This document shows positions 13,135 to 23,905 of a DNA stretch of 64,000 nt, piece after piece (the first letter of the stretch is position 1; every line of letters starts with the position of its first letter). A program made the position numbers and the translations under genes. Location: positions 518,870 through 582,869 of the forward strand of contig JBNZDD010013598.1 of the NCBI GenBank assembly GCA_050575255.1, in the 5' to 3' direction. Under the pieces are notes generated by a model. That model ran no database searches. It saw nothing but the letters and a program-made list of their open reading frames with translations, and had not been told where the DNA came from. The stretch comes from Harriotta raleighana. Lineage: Eukaryota.

Positions 13135-13310
13135 ACAATAATAATATCCTATTCTTTGATATAGCACCTTATCACATCGTCGGGATGCCTCAAAGCACTT
13201 CACAGAATATACTATTAAGTGGATTGACAGTGTATTTTGTGGGTGAAACGGGGCAGCCAAATGTGCACAGCAGCATCCCACAAACAATCGTGGAATGAGT
13301 GACCAAATTA
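13135..13310 (-). mobile_element. SINE, 3' half
   Basis: Reverse-complement tail and body (ttgatatagcacctt...cagcatcccacaaac). Confidence 0.75.
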
Positions 13311-14427
13311 TTATCCATTATATTTTTAAACCTGTGCCACGAGCCTGTACCTATTGAGTAATGACAAAACACAACTTCCCACGGACGTCTTCATTTCTGA
13401 CACTTACCTCATTGTGTCACACCTCTGATCCTAATCTATTTTCAACATCAAACCACAACTGTAGTCATTCCACCTCTGCAAGCAGTTGCACTGTTCAACA
13501 CAACTTTTTACAGGGTTGGATCAATCGGAGGTGATTCGCCCCCGTCTATCAATATCCAGTAAAGAGAAGGGAAAAGGCACCAGAGGAATTTATATAAGGC
13601 GCTGTGATGGGGGACCACAGTTTACTGCCTGATCTCAACATATAACATCAATTCCAGTCAAGAAAACAGGAACAAAGTGAGCAGCTTCTTGCTGATTAAA
13701 TATAAAAATAATCCTTGCATTTGATAGTATGCTTTTCACATTTTATCAACGTCTCAAAGCGCTTCACAGAATATACCGTAAAGTAAATTGACTGTATATT
13801 TGCAAGACATTTAGATACAAATCTCTTTTGTACCACACCTGGAATAAAAATAGGAAGTCACCAGCAATCAATGGCGTTATGTTGGAAGCAGCACAATTTG
13901 TTGTTGTTGTGGTCCAACCGCCCTGCCCACCCCCACGAGCTATCCTCTTTGGATTAGCTTCCTACAGATTCTTACTATTGCATTTTCCTTCGCACGATCC
14001 CTGTGACTGCCAGCCACCCTCTGATCATAATAAATCATTAACTGCCTCGTTGTGTGTGGGGTCACTTTTGACCTTCTTTCCAAATTCTTGCCCGGGTCTG
14101 TCTCCCCCCTGCCTACTCAGCCTCCACCTCACCTGAAGTACCGGCCTGCTTTTCAGAGACACATTTTCGGCAGTTCCTTTCTCCCTCCCCCCCCACAACT
14201 CCACCACGATTGCACTCACTGGGAAGATGTTGTACAATTTTCCCACCTAGTTTCCGGGCACTAAGGTCTGATTAGCTAACAAAACAGTTCAGGATCTTAA
14301 TGCCGCCCGGACCACATTTAGCCTGGTGTCAATCGAACAACTGATGTCATGATAGTAAATTCGCTGTACCTCCAGTCCTAAAGAAGAAATCAATGTTAAT
14401 CTGCAATCTTTACAAGGATTGGATTAC

Positions 14428-14538
14428 CTTCATTACTGGCTGCGCAAAATACTTTGCACTCCAATCGCAGTAGCCCGTCTGCATCGTGGTCGTAATGAAG
14501 CTTTTATGTCCAACTCCATCCTCTGAATCTTCAACAGT
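14428..14538 (-). CDS. RPTOR: RPTOR exon (~exon 24), 111 nt
   Basis: ttccag|...AAG|gtaatc; encodes TVEDSEDGVGHKSFITTTMQTGYCDWSAKYFAQPVMK. Confidence 0.96.
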
Positions 14539-14694
14539 CTGGAAACATAAAACCATTGAGTTACATCCCACAACTTGTACTGCGTCTCTACATCAAAGCA
14601 CTCGCTCAGATAAAAGATGGGCGAGCCTTGGTCTTTTTGTATTGAAAACCGGGAGTATGCTTCAGTCACACGTCGTACATCGGCCTGGCTCAGG

Positions 14695-14850
14695 GGTAGT
14701 GCTCTCAGCTCGGGAGTCAGAAGGTTGTGGGATGAAGCCCCCATGTTGGGACTCGGAATCACACAGTCAAAGCTGACAGGCCAGTGCAATGCTGCATTGT
14801 TGGAGGTGCCATCTTTCAGATGGACGTTAAACCGAAGTCCCATCTGCCGG
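14695..14850 (+). mobile_element. Deu-domain SINE fragment (SacSINE/AmnSINE-like)
   Basis: gctgcattgttggaggtgccatctttcagatggacgttaaaccgaagtcccatctgcc resembles the recalled Deu central domain. Confidence 0.6.
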
Positions 14851-14879
14851 CTCGTAGAACTATCTGAAAAGGGAGTTTC

Positions 14880-15150
14880 TCTCCTGCTCTGGAACTCCAT
14901 CCCCCAGTGTCTTCGCCTCGCTCCCTCCCTTTCCTCTTTCAAGGCCGGTCTCAAGACCTTTCTCTTCGACCGTGCCTTCAGCTCCCCTCTCGACTCTCTA
15001 CCTCCTCCTTGCTCCCACCCTCCCCCTCCCCCCTTGCCCCGAACATTTCCCCCTGCTCGGGTCTTAAATCATCTGTCCAGCGCCTTGGGACGTCCTCCTG
15101 ACGTGAAACGCGCTCTATAAATGTAATTTTGTTGTTGTTGTTGTTGTTGT
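14880..15150 (+). mobile_element. L2 LINE 3' end
   Basis: LWNSIPQCLRLAPSLSSFKAGLKTFLFDRAF is a typical L2 ORF2 C-terminus; 3' UTR ends cgctctataaatgtaatt(ttg)n. Confidence 0.85.
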
Positions 15151-15847
15151 CCTGGCCAACAATCCCCTGAATAAAATTGGTCATTCACTCCAGCACTATT
15201 TGTGGACACTGTCGTGCATTTCGCCCAGTGATAGCCACTCTACAATAAACCCTGTGAAGCGCTTTGAGGTCTCTCAAAGGCATGATAAGGCGCCTCATCA
15301 AATGCAAATAAAATACTGTATACGAGTTTCACCTTTCAGCAAGACAATCTTAACTGTGAAAAACTGATAATAAACTTGCATCAAACTTAACACCAATGAC
15401 AATTCATTCTCCTCTCTTCTCACAAACCATAGTAACGGTTCGAAAAATGGAAAAGGCAAGGCTCTGAAGCAGTTAGGGGTTATAAATAAAGTAGAACCAC
15501 TGGAATTTAGTGTTTATTTCTCTGAAAATTCTTCGATGCTGTTAGTTTATTATTTGATTCACAGAGGCTTAGTACATAACACATTCCTCAGTGTATACCA
15601 GTTGCAGCTAGTGCTGTACTGCAGCCTTTTTTCATAGAATGATGAAAGGCAGCACTCAATCCACCAGCAGCCAAAGCAAGTTACCCAGGGCTTACTGTTA
15701 ATTACTCTCTAAAACTTTCACTCTAGTTAAGAAAAATTGGTCGTTCCGACATCTTATCTCCCGCTGACGGAAACACAGCAGTCAACTTTGTACACTACAG
15801 GTCCAACAACCAAGAGTGAATGACTAATTTATTTGGAGGACTGATCC

Positions 15848-16208
15848 AATAATCCTTGGATTGAGATAGTGCCTTATAAAGTTGAAACATCTCAAAGCGA
15901 ACAACAAGAGTTTTGCCATCAAGTGCAGTCAGTGACTGCATTTGTGGCAAACAGGGCAGCCAAATTATGCCCAGTTAATGTCCCACAAACAGCCGTGAAG
16001 TGAACAACCAGTTATTAACCACACTAATAAAATTGGTTATTTCAATCCATTACTGTTTGTGGGGACACTGCTGTGCTCAATTTGCTGTCATGTTTTGCCC
16101 ACAAATATACAGTCAATTCACTTTACAGTATATTCTGTGAACGGCTTTGAGACATCAAGAAGACGTAAAAAGCGCTGTAGCAAATGCAAGGATTATTATT
16201 ATTATTAT
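15848..16208. mobile_element. Two adjacent SINE 3' halves in opposite orientation (15848-16012 minus; 16025-16208 plus)
   Basis: Same family body and tail on both strands. Confidence 0.75.
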
Positions 16209-17976
16209 TAACTTGACAGCAAGCAAACAGTCCCAACAGGAGCTTGAACGTACCTTGTTTTGACCCAGAGGTGAAAGCTCAAATGACTGAGGCGGCTGAC
16301 GTGGATTTCTTGGGAGAATCCCTGATACAACATTGGTGAGTTTCATAAATCTATTTACCCCCTAACGTGCACCTCTGTCTCCAAGCGACTTTATGCTCTG
16401 CAGCAAGCCAAACATTGCGTCAGATCGCTGCCCCCCACCAAATCATCAATGCTGACTCCAGGTGATGGGATACAAGCTGCTGTTGGTTTGACGACATGCA
16501 AAACCGCTACAAGGGGCTCAATGTTTTTTTTCCAATGTTTTAAAATTGTAAACTTATTCATTTGGATCTGCTGGACAATTATAGTTCACATTAGCGCAAA
16601 AGAAAAAGGCTCATTAGTAGCCTTAGTGGGTCAGAGTGCTGTATCATTAGTACCATGTTGTCTTAGCAACCGCTTCCAGGCACTCAGCAAGGCTGGGTAT
16701 TATTCCCTCAACCACACATGTACACACACAAGCAAGCGCGCGTGCACACACACACACACAGATTAAATTAATTAGGAATCTTGGTGCCTTAAGTGCCAAC
16801 TTTTTCATCCAAAGGTTGATAGATTTCTGGCATTTTCAAAGAAAATGGCTTGAGATCTATAAGATCTGGTGAAATAGGTTTTCTGCCGTTTGGAGACGTC
16901 CTCATGATGTGAAAGACGCTGTACAAATATAATTTGTTGTTGCCGCTTTCGGGTTAAGTAGTTTTAATTTAAGAATTGTTAGCTCTATAAGATCCAGCAC
17001 ATACTAGACACATGGACAATCAAGCTCCAGCCATCAGGTTAGAGAGTGGCTGTTTGACAGAAAGCCCCTCGAGTTTGGCTGTGTGTGTCAGGGTAACAGC
17101 ATGGGGGTGTTGTTGTGACTGGCATGTCACTCTTGGATAGTTAGCAGTTCCCTCAGTATTGGCATGGGGAAGCGTTGAGAGCCACTGTCCTACATTCGTG
17201 TGGATTGCTTTGAAGCATCGTAAAGACTTGGGACCTCTCGATTGCAACTGTCTTGAATCAGCATGGCCGTAAACAAAATCAAAACACAGCCCGAGATTCA
17301 ACCCTTGGGTCTGACACAAACTGCCTCAAATCTACAACCGTCATAAAATATTAAGCTGCCAAATATGGAGTACTGAGACCATGTGTCTTTTTTCTGAGGC
17401 GCGTATGAGCTCATTTGGAACGTATGTACAACTGTTCCTGGCAGTGATAATAAGCAAGTCACTCTGTGTGTGATATTAAGACGTGGTGAAGGACAGGCCA
17501 AATGCACTGCAATTTTACAATTAATTTGCTCAAACAATCCAAGAAACACACTCAATGACAAGTGTTTGTTTTAATGGGAATCCTATTGCTGATCGGAGGC
17601 TGCTGATAAGCAAGAGGGCAAAAAAAATTATTGAACCGATTTCAAAACATTCATTTCTTTCCCCGTCTCTGGGTGGAGAACTGGTCAGTTGTGTTTTGTT
17701 CTGCCAAATGCGAGCGGTACTTAAAGCTAAAGCAATTGTCCTGAGTTTATTAGTCTCCCTTCACCTCTTGTTCCCAGGTTGGATCCTGGCCCAGATCGAA
17801 ATCCCTGTCAGAAAACTGCAAAGATCCCGAAACAAGAGTTTCATTGGTTTTCATATGGTTCTAAACGGCTGCGAGATCAAGGCCCATAAATGCGACCGGT
17901 CTCTAAAAAACCCAATGGGATGTGGAAATGCAAACTATTTTATACCGAGCAGCTCGTTCACACTGCGGCTTAATAC

Positions 17977-18277
17977 TAATAATAATAATCCTTGCATTTG
18001 ATATCACGCTTTTCACATCTTGTCGACGTCTCAAAGCGCTTCCCGGAAATACTGTAGTGAATTAATTGTATATTTGTGTGTATATTGAGCGCGCACCGCA
18101 GCGTCCCACAAACAGTCGTGGATTAAAATGACCAATTTATTATTTGTTTTTATTGAGGGATTATTATCAGAGGTGTGGAATGAGGAAATTTGTCCAAGGC
18201 TTTGCCCTGGGCTAGAATTGAACCCAGGTCTCTCGCTTGCAAGGCGAGTACTCTAACCATTGAACTACGGAGCTCCA
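17977..18277 (-). mobile_element. Full-length SINE
   Basis: Head tggagctccgtagttcaatggttagagtactcgcc; tail caaatgcaaggattattatt. Confidence 0.87.
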
Positions 18278-18835
18278 CAAGCTTAAACCAGGTTTAAATA
18301 CAAGGTTTAAAAAAAAGAAATCACACACTCCAGTTGGAATCAGTTTTAATTTAAAAAAAAGGTATTTCTTCCACTCTAATCCTTTGCCTCTCCCAAGTCT
18401 TAATCTCTCCTTTTTTAAACACCCCCAACCACCACCCCCCACTAATCTTCTCAAGTCCTTGCATTTCCCTGTGCGCCGCATTTGCAATCATTCATGATGC
18501 CTGCTTCTTTGGATCCTTTTTCAATATCCCTCCAGTTATATATTTCAGACCCTTTGATGCAAGTTAAAATAAAACCTACACAGTGGTGTTTTACATAAAT
18601 GCATAAATGCACGTGATGTGTGACTGTCCACAGAGGACATCGCTCAATACATTCACCATTGAGATGTCAACGTTATATCAATGCCAAAGACATACCAATT
18701 CTAAAATAGACCTTGTTTTGATTCACTTGAGGGTTACTCTTTGAGCTTTCAAAAAGAAAAAAGTGCTGATGCATTCCACTGTTTCATGTCTGTTATCTTC
18801 CACGCAGCAGCAAACCCAACCCCAAAGCTTCTTAC

Positions 18836-19028
18836 CTGATCGGGTCCCTTATCGAACATCTTGCGTGTCCTGGAAAACTGATGGGAATGTGGAGTGTATT
18901 GCACCCCGACCACTGCGGTGGCGATTCCCTGGCGCGAGGCTGCGGCTGATATTTCCCTGGGTCCAGGCTGTTTACTCACATCATTGGTTAGACTGGAACT
19001 ACTGGTACTGGGTATGGGAGGGGAACCT
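18836..19028 (-). CDS. RPTOR: RPTOR exon (~exon 23), identical second copy left of the gap (probable assembly duplicate)
   Basis: Same sequence as 19855-20047 at an offset of 1019 nt; only one copy can be used in frame. Confidence 0.6.
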
Positions 19029-19117
19029 CTGGAACACACACAAAACAAATGCTGTATTAACACTTCTTCCTTTCTAAACAATTCAGGTCCACGTAGAGAC
19101 TCCCTCAGATAAATCAA

Positions 19118-19290
19118 NNNNNNNNNNNNNNNNNNNNNNNNNNNNNNNNNNNNNNNNNNNNNNNNNNNNNNNNNNNNNNNNNNNNNNNNNNNNNNNNNNN
19201 NNNNNNNNNNNNNNNNNNNNNNNNNNNNNNNNNNNNNNNNNNNNNNNNNNNNNNNNNNNNNNNNNNNNNNNNNNNNNNNNNNNNNNNNNN
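19118..19290. other. Assembly gap (173 N)
   Basis: Run of n, flanked by an apparently identical 846-nt duplication. Confidence 0.99.
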
Positions 19291-19854
19291 GCTCCACAAG
19301 CTTAAACCAGGTTTAAATACAAGGTTTAAAAAAAAGAAATCACACACTCCAGTTGGAATCAGTTTTAATTTAAAAAAAAGGTATTTCTTCCACTCTAATC
19401 CTTTGCCTCTCCCAAGTCTTAATCTCTCCTTTTTTAAACACCCCCAACCACCACCCCCCACTAATCTTCTCAAGTCCTTGCATTTCCCTGTGCGCCGCAT
19501 TTGCAATCATTCATGATGCCTGCTTCTTTGGATCCTTTTTCAATATCCCTCCAGTTATATATTTCAGACCCTTTGATGCAAGTTAAAATAAAACCTACAC
19601 AGTGGTGTTTTACATAAATGCATAAATGCACGTGATGTGTGACTGTCCACAGAGGACATCGCTCAATACATTCACCATTGAGATGTCAACGTTATATCAA
19701 TGCCAAAGACATACCAATTCTAAAATAGACCTTGTTTTGATTCACTTGAGGGTTACTCTTTGAGCTTTCAAAAAGAAAAAAGTGCTGATGCATTCCACTG
19801 TTTCATGTCTGTTATCTTCCACGCAGCAGCAAACCCAACCCCAAAGCTTCTTAC

Positions 19855-20047
19855 CTGATCGGGTCCCTTATCGAACATCTTGCGTGTCCTGGAAAACTGA
19901 TGGGAATGTGGAGTGTATTGCACCCCGACCACTGCGGTGGCGATTCCCTGGCGCGAGGCTGCGGCTGATATTTCCCTGGGTCCAGGCTGTTTACTCACAT
20001 CATTGGTTAGACTGGAACTACTGGTACTGGGTATGGGAGGGGAACCT
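19855..20047 (-). CDS. RPTOR: RPTOR exon (~exon 23), 193 nt, copy right of the gap
   Basis: ttccag|...CAG|gtaag; encodes GSPPIPSTSSSSLTNDVSKQPGPREISAAASRQGIATAVVGVQYTPHSHQFSRTRKMFDKGPDQ (claw region). Confidence 0.9.
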
Positions 20048-21369
20048 CTGGAACACACACAAAACAAATGCTGTATTAACACTTCTTCCTTTCTAAACAA
20101 TTCAGGTCCACGTAGAGACTCCCTCAGATAAATCAATGCTATTAAATGGACTGAGGCCAGAATGCCAAGTTTAGCAGATTGAACCTAGCGTTAAGTTTAA
20201 TGAGGAATGTATCCTGCACACCAACACACACAATTGGAGAGCTGAGGGAGGCGAGGCGAAGTAACTGTGGGATGGAATGCCAAAGGCTGAAGGCCCAATC
20301 ACGATGGTGGGGCGGTGGGCGGGGCGGGTCATGGAACAGGCCAGAGTCCACTGAGCGGAGGAAGCGGACAGGTTGGTTAGAGGGTAGCAGTTAACAGGTC
20401 ACTGAAGTAGGGAGTACCAAGGCTAAGGGGAGCTGTGAAGGGGAAAGCCACTTCTCATCTACTTGATTAACTGTTCCTCATGAACAAGCCTAAGGTTGAC
20501 CACAAGGTGCAATTTCTCAAGGGCAAACTTTTATTTAATTCCTACGGTTTTCAGACAGCGCTCTCTTTTCACAAAGGGCATTCTGCCAAGACACAAAACA
20601 GAATATTATAGAACCTCACGAGTAAAGTGCAAATTCCTGGCACCACATCTCAGTCAACAATGCTCTCGGATAACACTAAATATTCCAAACTTTTTACTTT
20701 GATGTTGGGGTCCAGATATTCACCACTACAATCTTAAAGGGAAACTCCATGGCTCCAAACTTCCATTAAGGGTAGAATATATAATTGTACCCGCTCACTT
20801 TAACCCATCCCTTGCCTCCTTAACGACGCACCTCAAGGCCCTCCTCTTCAACTGTACTTTCGAACAACATCCTCCCCACCTCTGTCCTCCACTCTCCCCA
20901 ATCCCGACGCCCAGCTCGGGTCTGAAACACTGTCTGTCCAGCTTCTTGGGACGTCCCCCCCGACGTGAAAAGTACTATACAAACGTAATTTAGTTTTTTT
21001 TGTTGTATCGTCTGCATTATCTAATTCCTCATCTCATATTTTTTATTTCAACTACACCAAAAAATGAAAGGTTTACATACTTTCTACACAAATTGAAATA
21101 AACTTTCCATCTTTGCGGAGAGATAAGTCTACAGACCTTGTGGCCAGATTGATTCATCACAAGGCTTGCTGGTGGGAGAAATCATATGGAGCTGTAGGAG
21201 GTGTGGATTTGAACTATATTTTTAAACCTTTCAGACCGCAAGGTAACGGAAAATTTATTTTTCAATCAATAACGCACGAAAAGCTGTCAGTACGCAACAC
21301 ACTTAAAAAAAATTGGCTACGAGTTCTTAGCTATTTGAGTCAGTAAAACCGAATATTGTAGTGTAATAT

Positions 21370-21650
21370 CCAGTGACAAAAGGTATCAAATGTTTCAAAG
21401 CGCTTGAGAACAGATTGCTGTAAAGTGTAGTGATTGCCTGTATTAAGAGTAATGCAGCAGCCAAAACAAAGTTCTGCACACAGCCAAGAAGTGAATGGCC
21501 AATTGATCTGGACAATTGTTGGCTGCAACAGCAAGAGAAATTCTCTCCTCTTCTCTAACAGTGCGAGAATATCTTTAGCGTTGACCAGAAGCTCGGTTTA
21601 ACATCTCATCTGATGGCCAGCGCCTCCTACGATGCTGCGATCCTCCCATG
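21370..21650 (-). mobile_element. Old Deu-domain SINE
   Basis: ctcggtttaacatctcatctgatggccagcgcctcc is the reverse of the Deu core seen at 14800. Confidence 0.55.
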
Positions 21651-22554
21651 AATGTGAACGTGGGAAAATAAAAAGTGTGGTCGTGATTTTAATGACACAG
21701 TGAAATTAATCTCCAATTTCAAAGCCCCCTGCTCGGGTCCCGACCTAACTGATCAGTACCTTGGGACGTCCTCCCGATGTGAAAGGCGCTCTATAAATGT
21801 AATTTTGTTCTTATTGTTATTGTTGCAAGTGACCATTCAGCTTCATCCGAGTGAAACCATCACACATTATCTGAACCCCTTGCTCCTTCTCCCCAATATA
21901 GGTTTTGCTTAATACATACTGTATTCATTTTTGTTGCAAATGGCACTCCACTCAATCTGTCCAATGGAAGGATATTGTATTTCGCAACAAAATGTGCTCG
22001 TGGGAACATCATCCCGACGTGAAAGAAGGTATATTAAATGCAATTTGTTATTGTTCTAAACATCACAACTGCAAATAGTGGTTGCTGTACCAAACCTAAA
22101 GGAGTTAATTAAGGATTTGTTTCAGAAAATGCTGATGAACAATGACACCTCGGGACTAGTGGAACACAATACGTTCCTCGCTATTCAAATAAAATGTACC
22201 CCTGGGTTGCAATTAAGCTAAATTAATAAGCAATCATTTACTTTACTATAAGTCATGCTGTCCACATATGGTGGGCTCAAGATGTCAAGATTAATATAAC
22301 TGTTCAGCTCAACTAAAATAATATCACATAGCCCGCAGCTACACTGGAGATCTTTGCACAAAGCAATTGGCTCTCTTAGTTAAAGTATAACTGAATGTTT
22401 AGGTAAATCAGATTACTGAAAAACGACTCGACAAACACACAATGTTTTCTGTTAAATGTTAAATCTCTAAAAAAGTAATAATAATAATAATTTGTCAGCA
22501 CTGAGCAGCTCGCTTCAAATGAAATTTTACAGCGTTCGATGCCCTGTTAGGAAA

Positions 22555-22900
22555 GCCACTGCCCTTTTGGACCAGGAAGGTCACAGGTTTCATTTGCTGC
22601 CTGTGCCAAGGTAGTCGATTTCAGCTAAGAGCAGCAAAAGTGACTTCCACCTGGCCTCATGCCTGTCAGCTACACAGAGGGGAAAGCTGAGCTAGGGTTC
22701 CTGTCCCACCCGATCGCAATCCAGTTAATTCTGCTGGAAAGGATCCATGCGGAGGCATTGGGTGAGGACAGGATCAGACTCAGCTATGAGTATTCCCCCT
22801 ATCCTGACTCACAAACTATCGACATTCACTATGTCAGATTGCATCAGAAACAGCCACTTGGGGGAAGCAGTAGAGAGCATCTGATGTTAATGACTTCCGT
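22555..22900 (+). mobile_element. Old SINE-like interspersed repeat (second family)
   Basis: Degenerate B-box head (ccaggaaggtcacaggtttc) and body gggtgaggacaggatcagactcagct; recalled as a common chondrichthyan repeat. Confidence 0.45.
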
Positions 22901-23801
22901 GTGCCAGCTGAGTTCTGGTCTTCAGGGCAGCGAACAAGTACACTTTTACTTGTTCCAAATCAGTCTCCAGTTTCAGAGGAGAAATGAAAACCCAAATCAA
23001 TCAGATTTTATCAACAGTGTGAAATCTGAACTTGGAAAAATCTCAGTACAGCATAGAGACTTGATCACTCAAGAAACATACTCCCAAGATAGTTTTATCT
23101 CTGTCACACTTTTAGATTCAAGACCAGAATTAGGGTGTATCTACTGGTAAACAGAATGACCTTTGTGCAATTTGGCTGTTTTCGCCCACAAATATACAGT
23201 CAAATTTTCCTACTTTCCTTCCCCGACCCAACCTCCCCCGTTCTGATCGCTACTTGACTGTACAGCGCTTTGGGACATCCTCCCGACGTGAAAGGCGCTT
23301 TATAAATGTAATCTTGATTGATTGATTGACCTTACAGTGGACACCGTCTGGGTTAAGCAAATAATAATATTAATCATAATAATAATTGCTTGATACAGCG
23401 CCTCATCACATCTTCAAGACAATTCACAGAACATAATGTAAAGTGAATTGACTGTGTGTTTTGATGATGAAAGCTCGCTGGTAAGCTACCCTGCTTGCAG
23501 GGCACTTTATAAATGCAAGTTGTTGTAAGGGAATAGATTTTGGGAAAAGAATAAAAAGTTAGGGGGGTTTTTTCTCCCAAAAATGGCAATTTAGACATGT
23601 GGCAGTGACACAGACAAGGGCAGGAATGTGTCCCTTGCTCTTTGATGGAAAACGTGCGTTGGTACAACGACATTTTGAAAGGCCATTTCCCGAAGTATGG
23701 AATCTGAACCGTGAGTGTGCTGGCTTACTGTTGAAAGCTCCTGATCAGATGAAGGATTGCCAATGCCCCAGTGTAGCTTCCCCCCCCTGTGGATGGCTTA
23801 C

Positions 23802-23905
23802 CCAACTTGATGAATGTGCGTTCCCTTGCTGGTGGGGCTGGCTGGAGCCGATTGTGTGAGGGAGGCGGAATCCAGGATTCGCTGAGGTCTTGCATTCACG
23901 GTAGC
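23802..23905 (-). CDS. RPTOR: RPTOR exon (~exon 22), 104 nt, includes the S859/S863-equivalent sites
   Basis: ctgtag|...|gtaag; encodes ATVNARPQRILDSASLTQSAPASPTSKGTHIHQVG. Confidence 0.96.

Larger units (their letters stand above)
18272..20136. repeat. Direct duplication 18272-19117 / 19291-20136 flanking the gap
   Basis: Both copies begin gctccacaagcttaaacc and end cctcagataaatcaa; the ORF translations from the two copies are identical. Confidence 0.95.

Noticed and set aside
14617-15120. 167-aa plus-strand ORF and the overlapping 173-aa minus ORF
   Set aside because: Chance read-through across a Deu-SINE and an L2 3' end; only the L2 C-terminal peptide is recognisable.
18749-19506. Long ORFs containing X runs
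   Set aside because: Artefacts of translating through the N gap.
22659-23150. 163-aa ATG-initiated ORF
   Set aside because: Largely overlaps an old SINE-like repeat; no recognisable domain or splice context.
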